64,000 nucleotides of DNA from Eukaryota sp. TZLM1-RC (lineage: Eukaryota > Protista > Metamonada: BaSk clade): the NCBI GenBank assembly GCA_040285825.1, contig JAUPSS010000006.1, positions 930,001 through 994,000 of the forward strand. Direction: 5' to 3'. Positions 53,969 to 64,000 of this stretch are shown piece after piece. A model generated the notes under the pieces. That model was not told where the DNA came from, made no database searches, and worked only from the letters and a program-made list of their open reading frames with translations. The position numbers and the translations under genes were made by a program. Each line of letters begins with the position of its first letter. Positions within the stretch are counted from its first letter, which is position 1.

Positions 53969-56900
53969 CTACCTTCTCTTTCTTTTTCGGCGGGATTTAG
54001 GAGGATCGGCGGCAAGTTTAGTGTACCTAGAGTAAGCTGCAGTATTCCGAATGGAGGAAGCAGGCTGTACAGTGGTGGTTCCATCGGACCAAAGCACAGT
54101 GGCGGATTCATCAGTGATATCTATTATCGCGTGTAGAATCAGCTCGCCGGAATCAGCAGCAACATAGGCGTTGAGTAACTCTGGTGGTAATGAAGACAAG
54201 CAAGGCTTTACGAGGTGGGTAGCAGTCTTCAGAGATGAACCAGAGACTGGGTTCTGGACCAGGAGAGAGCTAGGAGAGAGGACTTTGAGGACAATATAGG
54301 GGCCTACAAAGTAACCGTGGAGTTTGTCTGGCTTCTCGCACAGAACAAAAACTCGATCATTGACTTGAGGGTTATAAGAAGGCTCGGGTACGTCAAAGGG
54401 GAGAGGAACAGAGGACTGGGCTACAGCTTCCCATGACACTAAGAGTTTCTTCGTTGGAGTCGCGAGGTGTTCAATGAACTCGGGCTTGTCAGGAGGGAGA
54501 AAGTGAGTGAACAATGCGTTCAGGAGCTGGTTGGGCAACAAGCGAGGAGAGGTGTCGGATCCAAAGACGAGACGATACGGGGATGAGTTCAAAGCCTTTC
54601 TTGCCTGGGAGTTCAAGACCATCTGGCATAGATGGACATAATCTGACCAATTATGGTAGTCTGAGAAATCGAGCAGCATTCGTCGGATTACCTGGAGAAA
54701 GCTATATACTTATAGCCATAAGTATCAGCTGAGAGCGGACCGATAGAGTCACAATGCAAACTCTCAAAGGGGCGGCAAACGGAATTCAGAGATCCAGTGG
54801 AAGAGATCGAGGTCTTGGGGACGGGGGCAGTTTTCTGGCAGGGAATACAAGAGTTAACACGGGTCAGCAGGTCATTACGCATGTTGGGCCAGTGAAAGTC
54901 AGATTGTTGAAGAGACTTCCAGCATTGAGCGAAAGGAGGGTGACCGGCTTCGATAGAACCGTGGGCGAGCAAGAGGATCTCAGGGCGTGTGGACGGAGGA
55001 ATCAGGATCTTTCCGGATTTGGTGAGCTTCAAACCCGACTTGGCTTCAATGATACAGTCTTTAAACAGAGGATCATTATCAGGCACCTTCTGCTGGTCCT
55101 TAAAGATCTTATTCAAGAAAGCGGCGGCGGGGGAGCTGGGGGGTCCGGACGGGAGCAGTTCTTGGACAGAGGAATCAGAGGTACTTGAGGAGGTTATAGT
55201 GGAGACAAGGTGGACTTCGTCAGAGGAATCAGAGGAAATATAAATGGGCTGATCAGAATCTTCACGGGAAGGTAGATCTTCAATCGGGGACATGCTTTGT
55301 TCTTCAAGAAACCGTTCGTGGTTGTACATGGCTGGGTCGACTTCGAAGATTTCTAGTCTAGAGCGCAGTTCGCTTCTGAAGGAGGGTAAGTAGTACCTAG
55401 GTTGGTCTGCGGGGAATCCTGGCAAGGCGAAAGCACGAGAACGGGTAGGATGAGGAACTATCTCGAGATGCTTATCTTGGAGAAAGAAATCCAACCTTGA
55501 ATGGTGTTGAATGGGGCCATTAAAGAACAGATTCAGTAGATGAGGAAAATAAGAACAGGTAATCGGGTCATCATGAATAAAGTCAGGGTCAGGGTTGTTG
55601 AAATCAGCTTCAGACAAGGAAGAGTAATCAAGAGGCTTTAAGTAATAGTGAATCGATCGATCACTGGGATCAATTTGGTGACCATAGACAAGTTCTATTC
55701 CGGGGATGGCAAAAGGGCAAGGAGTTAGTTTATCGTTATCATAATGATAGATTCGGTGAACGACGGGCTTCAATAGGCAGAGAGGGATATAGGTGGTTAC
55801 GTCAACACAAGGATTCAGCAAATACATTTGGTAGTTTGAGTCAGGGTAGAGAGGTCCGATTGGTACGTTGCAGCAAAGTAAATCAGGGTATTTATGGAAC
55901 TCAGGGTGAAGATTCCAATCATAAAGTTGTTCACCGTATGGGCTGGGTTTACCAGTGTCAGGAGTCCAGGGGTAGTGATCACAACGAGGAGAGTCAGGAT
56001 ATTGCTGAGGGTTACAACGAGGAGGGACGAGATCATGGAAGACATAACGTTCACTAGCTCTGGTGGCTCTATACCACAGGTTTTGTTCGAAGTCATGAGC
56101 GCCTTCTTCTTTTGCGTCAGGTAGGTGAATTACGTTAAGGAAGCGGTCAGAGATATAACGGTTATGACCGAGGTCAAAAGGAACCATGTGAGTGGGGAGG
56201 GGAACAATGTGAAATATGTCAACAGCGGAGAGCAGGTCGCCAATGGTGATACGTGGGACGAGGTGGTTGAGAACTATGAGATGGGCGTTCTGTGGTACAA
56301 TTTCTGGGAGATAATCCAGAAAGGGCATTCTTGGATGATGGAAATAAACTCGAGCATTCCAGTTGGCTTGCTGGATGATATCATTAACGGTGAGATATCG
56401 AGAGGGCAGGTCTAGGGGATAACCAAAATCATAGTCTTTTGGGGCGGAGACGTCCTTATATAGCAAAGGCATGTCGGTGGACAAGATAAAGTACTTGGCG
56501 GAGGAGGAAGATAGTCGTACGGTTCAGGATTCACGTTGTGGTGAATGAAATGTTTCAAAGAATTCAGGTAGGCCATGGTGCTGTGCTTCTAGCGGAGGGC
56601 GGAAGGATGGAGGATTCGTTCAGCAGTATCGTAGTCGAAGTTCTACCAGCGATCTGTGTCGAAGTGTCTCAGATCATCAAAATTTAGGTAGTTCCACAAA
56701 GGGGACTTGGCCTGGTCTTGATAGGTCATCATGCAACACAGTTCGGGGGTGGAGTTATCACAGATATCTCTGGTCTTCTTCTCTTTCTTCTTTTCGGGGA
56801 GTAGAGAAGCGCGGGACAAATAGTCTGCCCAAAAATTCTTGGGGCCTTCAATATGAACACAGTCAAACGAAAAAGATTGTAATACTGGAATCCATCGAAG

Positions 56901-57235
56901 CACTACGCGATTAGAATCAGGACAACTGAATAAATTAGTATATTTATTGAATTTGCACACTTAATCAAATTAACTCAATACTAATGGGACGACTATCATT
57001 GAACCAAGATTTCCTCTACAAAATCTTGATCTGCTTGTTGTCTAGCTAAAGCTTCTCTTATTCGATTGAAAAACCGCGGTAATCTATTAGTAATGGCAAA
57101 TTGAATCCGCGAACGCATAATAGTGAACTGAATAAATACGATAGATTTTTGTGGTCGCAGAAAATGATGAGATGTCTGGAGAGCAAAAAGAATGACAGGT
57201 TGGGCTGGTTGAGAGTCATGACTATGGCGTAGAGG
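53969..57235 (-). mobile_element. Ty3/Gypsy LTR-retrotransposon pol remnant: RNase H, unknown domain, integrase, GPY/F, chromodomain-like end
   Basis: RNase H: LYAIV..FCDHKNLSYL..RW..LQSFSF..HIEGPKNFWADYLSR. Integrase: H..GH..HWPNM..CIPCQK, PFESLHCDSIGP, SPYRLVFG, GPYIVLKV. Degenerate chromo-like tail. Part of the integrase core is deleted at ~54695. Confidence 0.88.
56936..57125 (-). mobile_element. Family B 190-bp insertion inside the Gypsy RNase H, 12-bp TSD
   Basis: TSD aactgaataaat at 56924-56935 and 57126-57137. Removing the insertion restores DHKNLSYLFSCPDSNRVVLRW. Confidence 0.92.
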
Positions 57236-57749
57236 TAAAAGATTCAAGATTGTTGAAGAGGTGTTGAAAATCTTCGGCTTGCTGATGTACCATAGCAGGG
57301 TGTTGATGTAAAGAGGAGGAGTAAGTACTATGGTTTATTGAAGAAAATGGATTCAAAGTGGCTCTATACGGCTCATTATCAGAGGAAGAGGAGGAGGAAC
57401 TTAAACCATGGAGATAAGTGGCATCTATTTGGTGATCTTCATGGATAGCTTCTTGAATTGAGTCGAAGATGGAATTAACGGAGTCAGGGCGGTCATCATG
57501 GACAGCATGAGTTACTTGTTTCATAATCCAATTCCACCCATGTACTTGAAGGTTTAGAAAAAATTCAACTACTTGGGCAAAGTGACAAACGTGGGAATAC
57601 TGTATCTTTGATTGTAACACTTGATGGTGAGTTACTGAATCCTCAATAAATTTGGGAGGGTAAAACACTGCGAAGTGCGGGTAACACTATTTATCCGGAA
57701 GGTTTTCTGCACTGTCCATTTGGTGAAGATCCAATCACCAAAAAAACCC

Positions 57750-58230
57750 ATTCAATGTGGCAAAATAATGAAACTATAATGGTCTTTTTCAGAGTTATTG
57801 TGAAACCCTATTTGGAAAGCAAAGAGCAAAGAATTCAATTTAAAATTTTTTGTTGATCACCATGCACTTATGATTTGGGACCAACACTATGATTTGAAAA
57901 GTGTATACACTTGCATGAGAGCACAATTTGAATATTGAAACTTACACCCGCAAGGTACACTGATTTATTTTGTGCGCTGGACGTTTCTATAAATGCACCT
58001 TTTAATCAACAGCTCAGAAAATCATTTAGAGAGTACAGTACCGAAAACATTACCAAACAGTTACAGAACAATTTATCTTTAGATGATGTAGAATTGAATT
58101 GATTGGCAACAACCGTAAAACCATGAATTGGACAGTGTATCATTGATTCATTTGAGCATTTGGAAGCGAATGAGGAAAACTATATTCTAAATAGATGGGG
58201 GCATGTTTGCAAAAACATTGATGCCTGCAT
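57750..58230 (+). pseudogene. DDE_1 (pogo/Tc5-like) transposase fragment
   Basis: WQNNETIMVFFRVIVKPYL...ALMIWDQH...TPARYTDLFCALDVSINAPF..QLRK matches the DDE_1 pattern W..LLILD..H..P..T..LQPLD..N.PFK. Confidence 0.7.
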
Positions 58231-58799
58231 TCAAGCCCTTAAATAGTTGTTTGATATTTATTTAATAATATATAATTATTTAATAAACTGCTTTTCCGAA
58301 ATACGCTCGAACCTTGATTATTTTGTTCGAACATTTTTGGGGTTGAAGTTTTTTACAAACACTTGGAAAAATTTCTATGGAAAGCAAAACAGATACGATT
58401 TTTCCATAAATACCCAGCGACACTTTTACCATTTGAACGACAACAATAGTCAAATTCATTGAAACACAATCATGTTTTGTCATTTATAACAATTAGAAAT
58501 CCTGCTAGTTATTGTTTTCAATTATTATAAGATATTGACATCTGAATTAATGAAATGTTTTTAGGAAAATTTCGAAAATGAATGGCGAATATCTAAAACA
58601 GCAAAACTAACTTCCACTAGGAACAACCATTGAACTGCGCCTGACACCCGTGAAAGCTCTACTGCAACGCACTATCAATATTGGGGTCAATAAGAATAAA
58701 TAACGATAGCAAATGCTTTAAGAAACAATCTACCCGATATGAGTCATACATAAATATAATTCCTGAAATTGTTACATACATTACTGAAAAATGTAATAA

Positions 58800-58930
58800 A
58801 ATGCTTACAGTTCACATGATGAGTAAACAAAACAGGTTTTCCACATTTACATGTTGAATGATTGGGCACATTGTTTGACCATAGAGAACATCAAAAATGC
58901 AGGTTCCAATGTCGTTCATTACCATTTAAA
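58800..58930 (-). mobile_element. Decayed family A zinc-finger-region fragment
   Basis: Similar to 10220-10320. Confidence 0.55.
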
Positions 58931-59454
58931 AAAAGTGTTTGCAAAACAATAGCAATACAATTACGAATCTATGACATAATATTTATTTACATGTATTTTA
59001 ACAAAATTTTATATTTTTTATATATAATTTGACTAAGCCAATCTTATTTGATAAAGATTATCAGATATTCACGCTTTTGTGTAATAAAACAAAATGATGC
59101 TACTGTGTTTTGAAGTAGCAACGTGTCTTGACAAAGGTCAATTTGGCAATTCTTGAACACCCTAAAAATGACCGAATCCACTATGCACATTATCTAATCC
59201 TAGTTTTGCATATTCTTTTCAAATGATTTTTATTTGCTGAATTCATTAAATAGCAATTATTTCAACAATAATTGCCTACTGGCAATTGGAGCAAGTTTCG
59301 TCTTGCTGATGTGCAGCAACTACCATTTAGAACCACAAAAAACTATAGTTTTGTGTTAAGCAGTTACAAAAAAATTACACAAAAAATTTGAAGGCTTGCA
59401 TTGTTATGTTCCTCATCGTCCTGTAAAATGATGTTCACATTTTAAGTAAATTCA

Positions 59455-59916
59455 ATGTTGTAGACGTTGTCTCAGTGGATGTTTGCAAAAATTCTGCTGC
59501 TCGTTTAGTGTATTCCGCTGATTCGCCGTTATCTAACGCCGAAAAGAAGAAGATAAAAAAATATGAAGAACCTTTGGCACAGTTAGGTAGAGTGGAACAT
59601 GTGAAATATCAGTTTGTGCCGTTTGCAATTTCTCTTTTTGGCAATACTGGACCTTCAGGGTTGCACTTTTTTGAAAATTTCAAAAAAGTGTTACTAAATA
59701 GGTCTAGTAAAACAATGAATTCCACTTTCTGGTTAAATAGAATTGCTTTTTGCATTTTCAAGTCTATTCCAACAATGATTTCAAAGGCACTTTTAGCTAT
59801 TGGTGTAGAATATGAACGTAATGCTGTGAGTAGGTTCAGTAATAGTGACGCTTGTTTGGAGGATATTGAATTCTAGATAGTTTTTTATCTCAATAAATAT
59901 TCCTGTTAAAAAAAAC
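59455..59916 (+). mobile_element. Family D 3' fragment with A tail
   Basis: VVDVVSVDVCK..AEKKKIKKY..FWLNRIAF..EDIEF*, followed by AATAAA and A8. Confidence 0.85.
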
Positions 59917-59918
59917 TT

Positions 59919-60176
59919 CTAATAAAATCCCATATTCTCCTCCTCCTCAATCAAACTCCTCTTGAATCCCTTCTTCTCTGGTCTATGGGCTCGTGCAGGT
60001 TGAATTCCCTCTTTGGCTGCTTTACTCTCAATTTCACTGGCTGCACTGCCTTTGGGAATTTCACCACCATGTCTTTTCGCTTCCCAAGACTTTATCTTCG
60101 AAACAGTTTGAGGAGAAGGAGTTTCTTGCTTGTATTTCAGGACAGTTGGTAGTTTTTTTTCCTGTTCAGGGTCCAT
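59919..60176 (-). CDS. Small SMP (seed maturation protein/LEA-type) domain protein
   Basis: TVSKIKSWEAKRHGGEIPKGSAASEIESKAAK fits the SMP repeat pattern (A..IQSAEA...GG.V.KG..AA..QS.A). 85 aa, hydrophilic. Confidence 0.6.
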   Translation of the reverse strand: MDPEQEKKLPTVLKYKQETPSPQTVSKIKSWEAKRHGGEIPKGSAASEIESKAAKEGIQPARAHRPEKKGFKRSLIEEEENMGFY

Positions 60177-60585
60177 TTTGGTTAAGAAAGTTACAAATTT
60201 TATGATGTAAAAGCAAAATTGCTAATTTTCTGAGAAAAGAGGATATCTAGAATTTCATTTCTTGGTGCCATTCCCCATAGTGCCTTGAACATTACGATAT
60301 TCCCATCTTCAACAACTGCAAAAGTTTCCTAATCAGGTTTTCCATCAAAGTTCATCAGATGGTCATTATTCACAATAAGAATACAAAAAATTGATAAAAA
60401 TTTGAAATTTGAAATGGATAATTGAAATTATTCAAAAATAATCAGAGTAAAGACTTGGAAGAATTTAAAACAGAATCAACAAAGACAATCAAACCTGAGG
60501 ATTGTGAATTTAAATCCCCATTATTTCGGGAAAAAAATAAATAAACACATTGATAAGAACAGGGAAATAATCACAGAAAACTTCA

Positions 60586-61499
60586 ATATTTTTTTGCAAT
60601 ATTGGACCTTCAGGGTTGCACTTTTTTGAAAATTTCAAAAAAGTGTTACTGAATAGGTCTGGTAAAACAATGAACTCCACTTTCTGGTCACTGTTTTCAA
60701 TATGGCACAAACTGCAAGGATATCGTGTATCAAAGAGCCCCTGCTGAAGGAAACACTTTCTCTGAATAATTTTGGTTCTGATGATAGAGGTGATGTATAC
60801 TGTGATTGGATTGATAATTCTGAAGCTATTGTTGACTTTGTCTCATGTAATGTTGCAAATGATACTTTGGTTCACAGAAGAAAACTTAATCCTGTGGCTG
60901 CTCTGGATTTTAAAGCAAAAGAGAAACATAGAAAATATGATAAAGATATTGAAGAGCCAAATGTCGATAGAAATACACAGCTGGTTTTTATTGCTTTCCC
61001 ATTTTCGATAAATGGAAGATTATCAGTTGAAGCAGAAACTTTTTTGGATGACTTCCAAAAAATGGTGCAATAAAAAACAATGAAAAGATTTGATATTTTT
61101 TTATGGCGTTCACGGATTCAATTTGCCATTATTAATAGATTACCGCGGTTTTTCAATCGAATAAGAGAAGCTTTAGCTAGACAGCAAGCAGATCAAGATT
61201 TTGTAGAGGAAATCTTGGTTCAATGATAGTCGTCCCATTAGTATTGAGTTAATTTAATTAAGTGTGCAAATTCAATAAATATATTACTTTCTGGTTAAAT
61301 AGAATTGTTTTTTGCATTTTCAAGTCCATTCCAACAATGATTTCAAAGGCGCTTTTAGCTATTGGTTTAGAATATGAACGTAATGCTGTGAGTAGGTTCA
61401 GTAATAATGACGCTTGTTTGGAGGATATTGATTTCTAGATGGTTATTTTTATCTCAATAATTATTCCAGTTTTAAAAATAAATTTTTTTACAAAAAAAA
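60586..61499 (+). mobile_element. Family D fragment, 11-bp TSD, interrupted by family B
   Basis: TSD agaaaacttca at 60575-60585 and 61500-61510. The two halves match 59640-59900. Confidence 0.88.
60689..61285 (+). mobile_element. Family B 5'-truncated copy nested in family D, 10-bp TSD
   Basis: TSD actttctggt at 60679-60688 and 61286-61295. The uninterrupted site is present in the paralogue at ~59724-59733. Confidence 0.93.
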
Positions 61500-61538
61500 A
61501 GAAAACTTCATAAACCAATCATTAAGTTAAGCTATTGC

Positions 61539-61805
61539 TTACTGAAAAGATTCTAAACTTTCATCTAAATATTCATGAAAAATATCAAACAAAGACCTTT
61601 TGGCTGGATACTGAATCCACCATTGAAAACAAGATAATTCAACTAAAAATTCATTCTTGATTAGTTTAACAGATTTGAATAAACCTTGATTAATAAATGA
61701 TCTTGGAGATAGGGGAGAACTTGACAGACTGAATTCAATTGATTTCATAAATTGAATAAATTTCAAAGAAGGAAAGATTTGTTCAGTGATTTTGGCGGGA
61801 ACTTT
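61539..61805 (-). pseudogene. 3' fragment of a paralogue of the RCC1-LRR gene at 22836-25091
   Basis: ITEQIFPSLKFIQ..KSVKLIKNEFLVELSCFQWWIQYP versus ITEQNFPSLRLIQ..KSVKLIKNEYLVELSCFPWWIKYP. Confidence 0.8.
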
Positions 61806-62258
61806 TCTCAATAAATATTCCAATTAAAAAAACTATAAGTAATTTTTTGAGATACGAAAAAGATTAACAATATGCAATTCACTGAATCGGGACACATTCA
61901 CACCATTCACGTCAGTGTAAGCTTCAGTGACTTTGACAATTGTTCACTCTAAAACATAGTTGAGGATTACGTCATGACGTCATGACAAGTCATGGATGTT
62001 GTAATGGGTTTATTTTCAAATTGATACCAATTACCCATATGTTTAATGGTCTTACAAATACATTTTGCACCAATTTGTAGTTTTATTGTACAAAGATTAT
62101 AATAAATGAAGAAACAATAATTTGCAAGGAGTGACGATTCCATGTACACTGATGTCATGATGTCATGGCAAAATAGGTTTGAGTGAAATCTTGAACCATG
62201 CTTAAAAACATGGAAAAAGCGGAATCGTTCTCATTACACATCAATATCAATCAAAATC

Positions 62259-64000
62259 ATGGAGTCGACACTACCCCCACTATCCAACTTCTCTTCTGTT
62301 CCCTTTGTTGCTCGAGCACTTTCATCATTTCCTCTCAGTGTACCAGACCGTCTCACAAGACTCTCGCTTTCACGAAACTCTCTCAAGACATTCTCCTTCC
62401 AGTCACGCTCTCTGCAAGTTTTAGATGTCTCTCTCAACCAATTGGAGTCAATTTCTCTAAATTGTCCCAAACTCACAATCCTTGATGTATCTTACAATTA
62501 TTTTTCAGATGCCGAGTCCATATCATTTACTCGATCCAAGCTTTCTGTATTTCGTTGTTCTGGCGTTTTTATTGATAAACTTCCTTCATGTCTCTCTAAT
62601 TCCAAAAAGTTGCAGTTTTTGGATCTTTCTGAATCTGCCATCACTTCCATTAGACCTCTGCTTCACTTTCGTAGACTTTCTACCCTTCTTCTTCGTTTGT
62701 GCTCCTGCCTTGAAGTCGATCTCTCAGATCTTGCCAATTTTACTAACCTCAAATTTGTTGATTTAACCTATGCCAACATCACATCTTTTTCTCCTTCTGG
62801 TTCGCAAAATAACGTGTCTCATTTAAACCTATACAAAGCTTTCGGCTTTCCACTAGATCATAATCTATTGAATAAGTTCTTGCCAAGAACCAAGATTGTT
62901 TACCCAAATGGAAGATCTAATTTTAACCCCTCGTTCCTACCCCTACAAACCAACTTCAACAATGCTCCATCATTTCTCCTCCCCGCAGCCCCTCTCCTGC
63001 CCCCTCCTCTTGCGTTATCCACACTTCGTTCCAAGCTCACTGATGCCGGCTTCTCTTGTCCCCTGACTCTTCATGAAGATCGTTTTCTTGGGGTGTTCCT
63101 GGGGGCTGCTATCGGTGACAGTAATGGGTTGGCTACTGAGTTCCACATTCCCAGCTTGGCTGCTTGGTACACTCCATATCCTTCACTGCTGACATTTCTT
63201 CTCAACAATGATCATCAAAGAGCTTCTTATATCCCTGGTTCGTTCCATCACTCCGTTTCTTACCACAGGTCACTGGACAGACGACACTTCACAGGCCATT
63301 CTCATAGCCCGAACACTCTCTGAGACTCGTGACATTTCCTCAATTCCTTCAACGTTTGCTGCAAAGCTTAAACACTGGTGTGAGTATGGATTTTCTGAAC
63401 TTGGAGATGTTAATGGAGTAGGTACAGGAAGAGAGGTAAAAAAGGTTGTTTCAGATTCATCATTTTTGTCTTGTCCACTTGAAACTGCTCTTAGAATCCG
63501 ATCCCTAGGCTTAACTTCTCCTCAGAATGGAGCCTTGATGAGAACTTTCCCTATTGGGTTAACTCAACCAAATGATGAGGTATGGGTGAAGGAAGCAGCT
63601 AGAATGTTTGCAATGACTACCCACCCTGATCCAAGGGCCCAAGTGTCTTGTGTTATAGTGTCGCTTCTCATTGCAAGGTTGATGAGAGGAGAGGAGGTTA
63701 AGGAGGTGGAAGAACTACATCAAGTGGTGCTTGAAGCAATAAAGTTCATTGATGAATTGAATAATGGTAAGCTAAATGTTGATCACTTGGATTCTTTCCT
63801 TTCAGTCGATTGTTTTGATGATTTAGATTTGGGTGACTCAAAAGATATGGGTTATACTTATAGAACATTAGGGGCTTCATTGCTGTCATTGAGAAAATTT
63901 CTTCAAGGTGAGGTTTTTGAAGATTTGCTTGGTAGGTTGATTGTAAGTGGTGGTGATGCTGATACTAATTGTTGTGTTACTGGAGCACTTTTAGGGGGTT
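62259..64000 (+). CDS. LRR + ADP-ribosylglycohydrolase (ARH/DraG family) fusion, two exons, runs off window end
   Basis: N-terminal LRRs, then GVFLGAAIGDSNGLATEF. After removing intron 63238-63268 it continues GHWTDDTSQA, NGALMR, THPD, MGYT and GGDADTNCCVTGALLG. Confidence 0.9.
63238..63268 (+). other. 31-nt spliceosomal intron
   Basis: Sequence GTTCGT...TTCTTACCACAG. Excision restores the frame and the ARH WTDDT motif. Confidence 0.88.

Noticed and set aside
54514-56415. Plus-strand ORFs opposite the Gypsy pol
   Set aside because: Antisense ORFs expected in GC-richer coding sequence; no motifs.
57222-57668. 148-aa ORF as the upstream continuation (RT) of the Gypsy pol
   Set aside because: No RT or protease motifs and a different frame. 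Pol homology stops at ~57235; identity unknown.

Overview
This is AT-rich, gene-sparse eukaryotic (protist) DNA in the standard genetic code. One 31-nt spliceosomal intron is directly visible. The window is dominated by at least five subfamilies (labelled A-E here) of compact single-ORF non-LTR retrotransposons carrying RT plus a restriction-like endonuclease (RLE), CRE/R2-superfamily-like. They include one near-intact 3.4-kb copy (10815-14247) and ten insertions with readable 10-14 bp target-site duplications (TSDs). Three of these insertions are nested in other elements, and one TSD pair encloses two head-to-tail copies, consistent with RT template jumping. Other mobile remnants are a truncated Fanzor1/TnpB-like nuclease, a Ty3/Gypsy pol with a large unexplained domain between RNase H and integrase plus a probable 152-bp LTR, a gag-like ORF with a signal peptide, and hAT and DDE_1/pogo-like fragments. 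Host genes: DUSP-UBL/coiled-coil/kinase, RI-type LRR protein, RCC1-LRR protein, bacterial-type HD phosphohydrolase, GPR137/TOM1-like multi-pass membrane protein, a ~3000-aa type-I surface protein with three extracellular RCC1/BLIP-II propellers, an SMP/LEA-like protein, and an LRR-ADP-ribosylhydrolase fusion. A 4-kb hairpin-rich ~467-bp satellite shows tetrameric higher-order structure. The intron style and gene repertoire hint at a metamonad-like protist, but that is inference only. All domain calls come from motif reading by eye, not database searches.
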